Origin: Squalus acanthias
Taxonomy: Eukaryota
Assembly: GCA_030390025.1 (NCBI GenBank)
Contig: CM059426.1
Location: 74,152,001 to 74,216,000, forward strand
DNA: 64,000 nucleotides
Direction of reading: 5' to 3'
The position numbers were made by a program, and so were the translations under genes. This document shows positions 12,501-24,500 of this stretch, one piece after another. The stretch's first letter is position 1. The number at the start of each line of letters is the position of its first letter. The notes below the pieces were generated by a model, which was given only the letters and a program-made list of their open reading frames with translations, had not been told where the DNA came from and made no database searches.

Positions 12501-15500
12501 CTCTACTGTATTACTACTGAGCAAATGATTTTCAAATTTAGCTACAAATTATAAAATACCTGTATTTGCATCTATGCTGAACTTTCCATGTTCATTGCCA
12601 CTGATGATGGAATATGTAATCTCTGCATTGGCCTCAATGTCCCTGCTGGCTGCAAATATCTGAAGAACCTCAGTTCCCAAAGAAATATCCTCAGAAAGTG
12701 TGACTAGGTACTCTCTGTGCTCAAACACAGGCGGGTTGTCATTGATATCTAGCACAGAAACCAATACTGTACAAACGGACGATAGCTTTTTGAGAGCGCC
12801 TTGATCAGTGACCTTCACAGTAAGACTGTATGAAGCTTGGAGTTCCCGATCTAAAGGTTTCTCCAGACTAATGATTCCAGATAACTCATCAATGGAGAAG
12901 TGATCATCTGCTGAATCCACAAGTGAATAAAGTACCTTACGATTCAAGCCTATTTAAAATTAGAAGAAAAAAAGTTTCATCAATGTCATCACTTTAACCA
13001 TGAACAATAAAAAAGGAAATAATGCAGAATGTTTCCAGTAAATTGTGTTTACTGAAGTATTAAAATTACCTCCATAAAGTTAGTAATAGAAAATGAACAT
13101 CTTGCATAAGTTTAGGAATGCTTGGTCCTTAATATAATAAAATTCATAATTGTACTATCTTTTGATAGTGATATAAGGTATATATACACACGTATATCAG
13201 ATGAAAGGTGCTATAGTACATTATAGTTCTTTTTCCGTTGTTTATTCCTGAATGGAGTAAACAAATAAAAAGAACTGTAATGTAGTATTAGCGAACTGTT
13301 AGAATTGCACTGGACATTTTGTTTTTACTCTGAACATCTTATTTTTCAACAGAAACACCAGAAACACTTTTATATATGAGAACACTCTTCCCTTCTGTAG
13401 TAATTCATATATATTATTTACCTCGAATCACAATGGACTGCAAATAGTTTGAACACAACTGGTTCTGCATAAACTGTCACTGTTCTATCCTTTTTGTAAA
13501 AGTTACCAACATTTTTATCCCCATAGGCAGGCTACTTACTTTTGAGTGGCTCATTCCTTCATCTTTACCCATCAACCTGTGCAAGCAGACTGTTTACAGA
13601 AGATTTCCAAGCCTCCTACCCTGCACCCGCCCCCCAACCAGGTTCCAACACCAGGCCCATAATGCATCGTCAGAGGCCCAACTGGACAATGTACCCTCGT
13701 AGGTCCATCCTGGTAAATCGAGCTTCAGTGGTGCTGAATGCATTGCAAAGTTTCATACACAACCTTTTTTCTTCTCTAGCTATTTTTTAAGTATAAAGTC
13801 TATAACACTTTACAACAAAATCGTAACTTGAAAAATGGTGTTGGTTGGTATCCAAACTTCAACCTCTATGAGCCAAAAGTGACAACACTGCTTTGAACCA
13901 CAGAACATCAAGTCCTGGTGAACGAGACAGAATTATAAATTGTTCACTAATATGTATACAGACTGTGAGGTATATTTTTCTGTGTGTGTATAAAGGTAAT
14001 GGAACATTCTTTTACTAAATTATCATAATAAACCAATGACAGTTTAGTTAAAAAAATCCTTTATCTGGCTTGAGGGAAAATATTCCAAAATCTTTATTTA
14101 TATGTCATGGTTGGCGACCCTAAAGCTATATTTCATTATTAATAAACTGTAAAGATACAAGATCAGCAGTTATGCCACCAAGATAAATAATTTATATGAT
14201 GCATGTAGAGGCTTGATTGATAAGATTATTCATAAACTAATATCTTAAAATTTATTTTAAAATGTTCAAATTCCTTTTAGAATAACTACCGCTGAAATCA
14301 CTTCAACTTTACTGAAGAAAAGACCTAGAAAATTAACAATGTGGATAAAATCATTGTTGAATTCATCGTGCTGAGAAACATATGCTTAACAATGTATGCT
14401 GCATTCATGTAACTGCTATTGGCTTCACTGTTCCCTCAGCACTCAGCATGGATGATTCGTGTATAGAACATTACCATGATGAATGATTTGCTTAATTGCA
14501 CTGACACGATTGATCCCCTTTCTGCATTTTCACTAAAATTACCAGTCACATAAGAATATCAGCCTTATGTGAGCTAAAAATAACACTGTTGGTAAGGGAG
14601 TGTAAAATTTCTGGGTAATTGTTGTTTAGTCATACTAGAGATTCCCTTGTGAAACTGTCATTAAAAAAAAATCAAATAATGCTGCTTTAAAAAATTGGCA
14701 AGTTATAAAATTGTAAATCTCAGTTATAAATAACGTCAACAGTATCAAGTGTTACAATCACCAAAGGGGACCCCTACAGCTGTCATTCAGAAGGCCGTTA
14801 TACCTCTTATCTTTGGGCATCGGGATGCCGAACCTGCCCCGGCCTACTCTTCAGCTCGGGAAACATAAACTCTCAAAGTAGGAAGCCCCATCCATTCTGA
14901 TGCCACTGGTTTTCTGGTGACAGAGGCTCCACCCCTCACAAAACCGACCTCTAATATTAGGCATATCTGGGTTCCAGCCTGATTTCCAGTCCACTCTTGC
15001 TAGAGCTACAGCTCGAGTGCATTGAAAGGGCCAAGGATTTTCAAGCCCTATTTGTTTGCCTGGAGTACGATTGACTTGAATGGACGGAGCCCCAAATGAT
15101 TTTCCCCATGGGACAATGACAATATCCTGTTTGTATATGGAGGTGGAACAAATGATCAAGAATTGATGTGTTGCCATCTGCTATTCACCTTAAAATAACT
15201 CACAAATAATAGGAGTAGGTTATTCAGCTCCTTGAGCCTGTTCCGCCATTCAATTAGATCAGGGGTGGGCAATTATTTGGGCTGGAGGGCCACTTAAGTT
15301 TTGGTGAGCTGTTGAGGGCCGCACACCAATGTTCCCCCAAGGTCCCGCGCAGGCCGCTCACCAGCTCCTGCCACTGGAAGAGATACTGCGCCTGCAGTAT
15401 TGTTAAGTGGCCCTCCAGCCCAAATAACTGGCCATCCCTGAGTAAGAGCTTTTGAAACTAACCAGCTACATTTACACTGTCTTTGAAAACATACAGGGGT

Positions 15501-18500
15501 TACATGTTTGACTGTGCAGCTGGCTGTTTGTCATGGTGTTTGCAGTACCCCATGCAGGTATCCATTGTTTCTTATTTCGCTATTTGATTTCAAGGCTACC
15601 TCTGTGCAATGCTATCCTTGAAATGATTCAGCGCGCAAAACCCTTCGGCACAGTCCAGACACAACAGTAGTTCTAATTAGCATGAACTCTGACCCAGCAG
15701 AAATAAACCTACCTCACAGTCCCCCAGCTACAGCAAGGTTGAAATGAAGGGCCCTCCATTATGACAGAAACAATAGTGACCACAAAAATGATGGCAGATT
15801 AAACACGCTGCTCTATAACCAAAGAGGGCATGTGCAGTATCTATAATCGTGGGCCATTACCTGGAGTCCCTGTGCTCCGGGATCCACTCCAGTGTCTAAA
15901 GCGGCGATGAGAACCCCCTACCGTCGTACTCCGGGTAAATGGAGTTGCGGTACAGATCAGCCATGATCTAATTCAGTGGTGGGCAAAATGCGACCCATGG
16001 ACCAGATCCAGTCCGCTGGCCGGGACAGAAATAGAACGCAAGCCGGGAGAGGAAAGACACAGTGCTGATCTCCCTCTTTGGTAAGAGAGTCGTGGAGATG
16101 AGCAGCCATGTCTCAACTCTAAAATGGATAGGGCGTACTCGAGTACGCAGTGCATTCTGGGTACAAATGTCCGCCATTTGGGCCCAGAATCACGGAACGG
16201 ATCCTTTTAAAATCGGGCCGGGGAGAATTGCTTTTGCGAATTGATAAACTGAATTAAGTATTACTGTGTTTCCAGGCTGCAGTTCGGGTCAGTCTCTGAC
16301 CCACGAGAAGTGAAAGTGACTAATGTGCAGCTCGAGCTCCGGCTTGCATTCTATTTCTGTCCCGTCCAGCGGACTGGATATGGTCCGCGGGTCGCATTTT
16401 GCCCACCACTGAATTAGATCATGGCTAATCTGTACCACAACTCCATTTACCAGTCTTTAATCCATGGCCCTTGATACCCTTACCCAATAAAAATTTGTTG
16501 ATCTCAGTCTTGAGAGTTTCAATTGACCCAACATCCACAGCCTTTTGGGGAAGAGAATCCTACCTTTCTACTACCCTTTGTATGAAAAAGTACTTTACAA
16601 TTTCACTGCTGAATGGCTTAGCTCTAATTTTAAGATTGTGCTTTCTTGTTTTGAATTCCTCCACCAGAAGAAATGACATTTTTGTATCTACCCGATCAAA
16701 TCCTTTTTATCATTTTAAACACCCCGATGAAATCACCTCAACCATCTAAACTCAAGGGAATAGAAGCCAAGGTTATGCAACCTTTCCAACTAATTTAACC
16801 TTTTAGCCCTGGTATCATTCTGGTAAATCTGTGCTGCACCTGCGCCAAGGCCAATATATCCTTCCTGAGGTTTGGTGCCCAAAACTGAACGCAGCACTCC
16901 AGATGGGGTCTGACCAAGGCGCTGTACAACTGAAGCATAACTTCCTCTCCTTTGTATTCCAAATCCTTTAGATAAAGGCTAATGTTTTTGATTACGTTTT
17001 GTACCTGTGCATTATCTTTTAGTAATTTGTGTACCTGGACACAAATCCCTTTGCTCCTCCACAATTCCTCGCCATTAAGAAAATAATCCCTTTTTTTTTT
17101 GGATCCAAAGTTGATTAACTCACATTCCCCCACATTGAATGCAATCTGCCTATTTAATCTGTCTATGTCCCTTTGTAACTTCCTCCCCCATCCACGCAAC
17201 TTACTGTGCCTCCTAACTTAGTGTCATCTGCAAACTTGCATATACAACTCTTGTGAAGGCGTGCTATTAGCACAAGGACTGCAGCAGTTCAAGAAGGCCC
17301 ACAACTACCTTCTCAGGATAACTATGGATTTGTAATAAATGCAGCCATGCCACATCCCAAGAAAAAAAATGCTATCACTTTCGATTTACAGGAAGTCACT
17401 CCTGCATTAAAACAGTACTTAAAAATACATTAATGGTTTGACAAATCATCGACTATCCTTTATTTTTGAATATTGCTGTATTTTCTGAAATGCATTTACG
17501 AGTCAGGAGTTCTAGTTACTGTATTTACAACAGTGGGAAGTTGCATTTTCTTGATTTCTAAATAGGACTTTCATTGTAAAGTACATCTGGTAACATCTTA
17601 TAAATTTGCTTAGTTTCGGAGGACTGTGTTGTAACAAGAGTGGTTACTTACTACCACTGGAGTAAATCTTACCTGTATCTGGATCAGTGGCTTGAACTCT
17701 TGTCAGCAGTGTTTTATTAGCTGTGTTTTCAAAGACTGATACAGTGTAGGGATCAGATGAAAACTCTGGTGCGTTGTCATTCACATCCTCCAGTATTATA
17801 ACAACATCCGCCTGGCAGAAGCGACCTCCACCATCAGTGGCTCTCATCAATAGGTTATAAACTGCTTGCTGTTCACGATCAAGTGGAGCTAAAGTTTTCA
17901 ATTCACCTAATATTCAAGTAAAATACAAGTTAATTACAGAAATGCTTATTAAATGACAAGTTTTAAATTTTATGAATATTTAAAATTAATTTGGCTTTCA
18001 ACAGATTTTAGAACTCAAAAGCTTTTTAGCATTATATTCGCCAGTTATCTGATAAAGCCATACCATTTAACAAATTTATAATATATACCTAATAGTACCT
18101 AAGCTTTTGGCTTAGACGTTGCCATATACTTTCATTCCATAAATGATTGTAATTAACTTCCTGGAGACTGAGATTTACAGTAATATAAATCAATTCAACT
18201 GCGGAAACAAGAGTGTATCCTTGCAAAGTTTGGATGCACCCTTAAATGAGCATAAACTATGCAAAATAAACAAACGTATTGGCCTGGAATTTGCGGTCAG
18301 CGACAAAGCGTAGGCGCTCGCCACTGACCTCGAAGAAAGCTGCCCACAAAGATCTAGCCATCTCTGTGGCGTTGATTTCAGCTAACCCAACTTTTGTTTG
18401 AATCTGGCGTCAAATCAAGCGAATCTCCAGCGTCCAGCAGCAGTGATGTCGTCAATCTGGCTAGCAGCCAATCACATTGAAGAATTCTCACAGCAAGTAA

Positions 18501-21500
18501 AATGTACAGATTCTAATATACTTTTTATAAATTTTACAGAGAGCGAAATAAAGATTGGGACATACACATAGGATTACGGTAGATGAAATATCATAAACAA
18601 ACTTTAAAAAATATTACTTTAAAAATATATGTAACTCGTAATCATATTAAATGAAAACATTTGACATTCTACAAATATAAAATTAGTTTTTCAGGGCCAG
18701 AACCGTTGTTCAGCAATCACTACGCTGTTAAAAACCCAATTATACCTCTTTCAACAAGGTTTTACCTTTTTTTTGGGGGGGGGTTAATAGCGATGTTCCA
18801 GCGAAGTTTTCGTTCTTCAGTGTGATTTCAATTGATTGCCGGCTATGGGGAGTTCCACAGCGTAACCTGTGGCAGAGCACTGACTGACCGCAACTTCAGG
18901 GTTTCCGCTTTTATCTGCACATGCGCTAAATCCTGAAGTTGTTGTCAGTTTCAGAGTGTATTAACAGCGAATGATGACAGTTTCGCCGTCATTACCACCG
19001 CAAAATCCGGGCCATTATATCTTACTACAATAGAACAGTGGGAATATTCTCACCAGTGCCTGGATCTAGTCTGAATTTCTCTGCACCAGTTCCATGGAGC
19101 GTGTAAGTGATTTCTGCATTTGAACGAATATCTGCATCGTCGGCAAACACCACAAGGATTAGTTTGGCAGAAGGAACATCCTCCGCAATGGTCTCGGTGT
19201 ATAGTGTCTAAAAAGAAAAATCATGTACAATATATTGCTTTGAGCAATTTTCCATTTTCCAGGCCTACTCCTGCTCCTAATTCTTATGTTCCTATGTTCT
19301 TGTGTGTCTCCCCCCCCCACCGCAAAAAAACCTTGAAATAATGGCAGATGATAGAGACATGGAAGAAAGATGCTGCTGTGATTTCTCATGATATTTTATA
19401 GATCCACTGTTAACATTGAAAATCTTTTAAAATGCTACTAAATCAATTATACCTCATCACTTTTCATTTACTTCTATTGTGCTGTCAATCTTTTTCAGCC
19501 ATTTGTTTCCTCTCTTGCCACCAAATATTCACCCTTAGCAGACAACTACGCTGGTGCAATGGCATGAAGCTATATAGTCTTATGTCACTAAAGATCTTAT
19601 TGTAACACAGTGGCTATTTTTAATGCAAGTTGATCTCCCATGGCATTGCACATGGAGAATTGAAATTAAGTGTAAGCTTCAGGTCAAGTGGGAATGAAGA
19701 ATGGGGGATAATTGGACCAGGGTGTGTTGATGTAATTCAGTCCTTATTTTAAAGTCATACATTCTGTCCTTATTTTCTATATTTTTATTATGAATTTCGA
19801 TATCCACATTTATAATGTAAGCTGCTCATATAAACCTGACCCATTACAATTAGACCCTCCTGGCAGTAATGACACTGTAATGCATCTACTAGAGGGAGGG
19901 TACAATTACAATATGGTAAATTTACATAGGCAGTATCTATTATAAATGTGAACACAGGAATTTATAATGGAATAAGTTGACAGCAAGTGGATGCAGGCAT
20001 AAGATATAATCTATATATCTATCTTTCAAGAAATATCATTTGACATAACTGTATAATCCCAATGCTAAAATAACCTTTCATACCAACCTCCATAAAATTC
20101 TGCTCACGTGCTTTAAGTGTATGTGCTGAGGAACAGCAGACATAGATCAATATAAAGTAATCCACATGGAACAGAAAATTGCAAACATGGGTGGATTTAT
20201 GTTGCTTGCTGACCTTTTGCTGAAATGTGAGGCTGATTTCAACAAGGCTAAGTAGGTACCACACTGTATCTCAAGAATGTTTGGTCATAAATTGAAGCAA
20301 AAGCAATTCTAACCTTGTATACGTCACATTTGGGATATGATGTACAATTTTGGGCACCTACCTTCTGAAGGACATGATGAATTGGAACAGGATTAGAGAA
20401 GAGTCCCAAGGATGATTATTAGACTTAGCACTACAAATTATAAGAGCTGATCTTATTTTCATTGAAGAAGATTGAGAGGACCTTTAAAATGCTGAGAAGT
20501 GCTGATAATGTAGAAGAAAGCTAATCTGTCAGCAAATGGCATTGTGTAGTTTTGTACATAGGAATAAAATTAAGAAGCCTCAAGTGAAACTACAAATGAG
20601 GAGAATTTTCTTTCACTGAGAGTAATGGATATGGGGAACAGATGAGCAGAAAAAAAGTGAATACTTAGTTAATTAACACCCTTAATGTAGAGCTGGAGAA
20701 ATACCAGGTAAGAAAGAGGATTCAAGTTGATGATAAAGCATAAACAGTGGAAGGAATGGACTTAATAGGCTGAATGGCCTTTTTCTTGCACCACACTTTC
20801 TTAATTACTTCTGAGACGTGTGAGTACATGCCCTTGAGGCATGGGATTCATCAATGATCAGAAAAACAGAGTAATAATAGAACATAGCATGCAAGCATTT
20901 CCTGACCTAAGGGGACCTTCTCTATGGCTTGGCACAGTAAAGCAGATTTAAATGAGGCAATAGTTTTGGTGTAACACTGTACTTTCTGTCTCCCATCTTT
21001 ATCACCTCAGTAACAGTGGACGTAACTGATATTTTATACAACAGGCATCCGATATTGCTAGACATAGGCACAGGCCAAAGAGAGTTTAAATGGCCACAAC
21101 AGCAGTTTAATGGAACAAGGGGTTTTGTATCTATGTCCCTTATTAGTGCAATTTTTGATTCTGAATGGAGGCCGCTGTATGGTAGCAGCTGAGGATGCGG
21201 CTTGGTCCTTAAACTTGCTGCAGTCATCTCCCCACCCTCAATATCTGAAAGATCCCCAGTTGAGGCTGAAAAACGGCTGTGAATCCCCCAAATTTGGCTT
21301 TGGGTCTCATTTAAATGTTGCCAGCGAGCTGTGGGTGCTCAATGGGCACCCCAGTTGGGGAGGGCAGGTTGGGTCTGGGTGAAGGGGTGGAGTAGGTGAT
21401 TCCAAGTGCCTCAAATAAGTTTTTTTTTGTGTGCCCAAGAGGAGCCACTCCTCCTTCTCCTCTGCCCACAAAAGTCATATCTGGAAATTTCTTTGGCTGT

Positions 21501-24500
21501 TTTTTGAGCAGCCTCCAGCAGTCCCTTGAAGGATTGCTGGTTAGGCTGCACAACACCTGGTACATTTAGGCAGAGTGTGTGTGGTGTACGTTCTGCTCAC
21601 TTGTACCTGAATTTTACATTTGAGATCCTACAACTGGACCTTGATTTGCACGTTTAAAGAAGCTTAACACCTGTTCACCTCTGGATAACTAAAAATTGGC
21701 CGAGCTAATACGGTGTCCAGTGCATTTCCAGCACAGTTCAGACGCGTCAGATTACGAGGTAAAATTTTGAGTCCTAACCCCGATATAACACCGGAAAAAC
21801 AAGCAGTTGAGAGTTCAATTTCGCCTCTTAGTACAGAAATAGATTAATATCAAGCACTGATTCGGCTAAATCAAATTGTTCAAGATAAAAACAAGAAAAT
21901 CCCTGGCTAATTATGTTGATAACATTTTTCTTGGCTAACTCAAACATATAAAGTTAATAAAAATGCTAAGAGCTGTATAAAAAATGAATAGAATTGACCA
22001 CTAATTCAAAAAGAGATGAATCAAGAACTTTTTCCTACTGGGAGAAGAACAGTAAAACAGAGCTATTGATGGGGGAGAAAAACCATGCCCGTTCGTCTGG
22101 AGCAGTGACTCATTCTGCACAGAATCACAGGAGGAGAGAAGGAACATGTAGCTGTTGATAAGCTACAGTGAGCAAGACTCTTGTAAATGAGCTCTCTGTG
22201 GTTTATTCCACTGGGTAATGCATCTATCTTAATGTATGTGGAGGATAAATGCGTGAGAACGTTTTTTTTGGTGTTTTCGTCACGTGTGTCATTAACTTTC
22301 TATGAATCCAATCCAGCATCTTGTTTACAGAATTACTCACAGCTGAGCAACACCATCTGCTTGATACATCTGATTTATGTCACTTAGCCAGATTTGATGT
22401 ACTCCGGTAACCTTTTAAAGGCTGAATTTACTTTGTCTAGTTTCCTTCATTACTATTCCTAAAAAGACAATAATCTGCAAAATAGCAAAGCTGAACCTTA
22501 TAAAGGCAGTAAGAATTCACTGAATACATCTTTTAAAATAAAAATTATCGAGTACTGTAAACTCTAAAATCAGTAGAAACTTCTTTCCCCAGAGAATGAT
22601 TAGAATGTGGAACTCGCTAGCACGGGGTGCAGTTGAGAATAGCATAGATGCATTCAATGGGGAAGCTAGATAAGCACATGAGGGAGAAAGGAATAGAAGG
22701 ATGGGGGCGATTTTGCCAGCCCTGGGGAGGCAGGACTGCCGGGAAAATGGCAGAATCTGGGGGCGGGTACCCATCCCGCCCCCAACCCGCCTCCGTGCCA
22801 TCTTCCCAGGAGGTGGGTACCCGACCCGCGCTGGGTCCCGTCTCCTCGAGGTGGGAAGGGGATTAGTGCCAATTAACTGCCTGTTAACAGGCAGTTTGTT
22901 GGATAATCCCTATTTTGCCACCTAAAGTGTGGGCTTCCCGACGCCAGGTTCAGCGAGGCGAGCCGTGGGTCTGCGGGGGTCGGAGGGGCCGAGATGTCCG
23001 GTGTGTAGGTGAGTGATGGGTGAATGTGTGCAGAGGTAAGTGTGTGAGGTGAGTGTTGAGTGTTTTAAAAGCTTTACTTACCTTTGCTTCTTCCTCCAGG
23101 CTTCATCCCTTCAGGTCTCGGGAGTCCCTCAGCTCACCGGCAGAGAAAGCAGAATGGCTACTGCATTCTCAAATGCATCAGCCTTCTTGCTTTCTGCTCA
23201 GGAAGGCTTTCTAATTGAGTCTTGAGTAAAGACTCAACTTAGAAGACAGATTGTCAGTGTTTGACAGCTTCACAGAGCTGTCAAACGATAACAATTCATC
23301 TGTCAAAAACAGATGAACCGTCACTCGCTGACGTCACCAGTAACCGACTTTCCCTTAATTGGCCTGCTAAGCCCGCTGGGCGGACTTAAAAAGGTCAATC
23401 AAGGAAAAATAGCATGGGTTGGCCACAAGTCGATGGAGGCGGGACTAAAGCTCGACAAGTGGGAGTCCCGCCTCCAAAAGCTCCCCATTGAGAAAATCCA
23501 GCCTAATATGTTGATGGGGTTAGATGAAGAGAGGTGGGAGAAGGCTCGAGGGGAGCATGGATCTGTTGGGTTGAATGGCCTGTTTCTGTGCTGTAAATAC
23601 TGTGTAACTCTGCAATGTAGCTTTCAATAAGAAATTATTGACTGTTTTATTGTGCAAACACTTAATGTGACTATATAAGATTTTTCTCCCTGCTATTCTA
23701 ACAGAGGTATTAAGCCTTAGTTAAAATAATGGAGAAAGGAATTTGATGCAAACATGTTAAGTATTTGTACAATAATTGCCAACAGTAATTCCTACCCGTA
23801 TAACACTTACCTTTTCACAAATAGGACTGTTATCATTTGCATCAAGAACTTTAACTTCGACTACTGCTTTGGCCACTAAAGACCCATCAGTAGCTGTAAT
23901 GTTTAAAAGGTAATGATCCTTCTTCTCTCTATCCAAAGACTTCCTGACATAAACCTTCCATTCATTCTGAATGTGCTCAATGGCAAATTGTCCCAGAGGA
24001 TCTCCTCCTGAAAATTAATTTAAAATTGATATTAAAGAGCACTGACATACTAACGTATTTATAAACAAAGAAAGACTTGCATTTATATAGCACCTTTCAC
24101 GACCACCGGATGTTCCAAAGCGCTTTACAGCCAATGAAGTACTTTTTGAAGTGTAGACACTGTTGCAATGTAGGAAATGCAGCAGCCAATTTGCGCACAG
24201 CGTGCTCCCACAAACAGCAATGTGATAATGACCAGATAATCTGTTTTCGTGATGTTGGTTGAGGGATAAATATTGGCCAGGACACCGGGGGATAACTCCC
24301 CTGCTCTTCCTCGAAATAGTGCCATGGGATCTTTTACGTCCACCTGAGAGAGCAGACGGGGCCTCAGTTTAACGTCTCATCCGAAAGATGGCACCTCTGA
24401 CAGGGCAGCACTCCCTCAGAACTGCACTGGAGCGTCAGCCTAGAATTTTGTGCTCAAGACCCTGGAATGGGACTTGAACCCACGACCTTGTGACTCAGAG

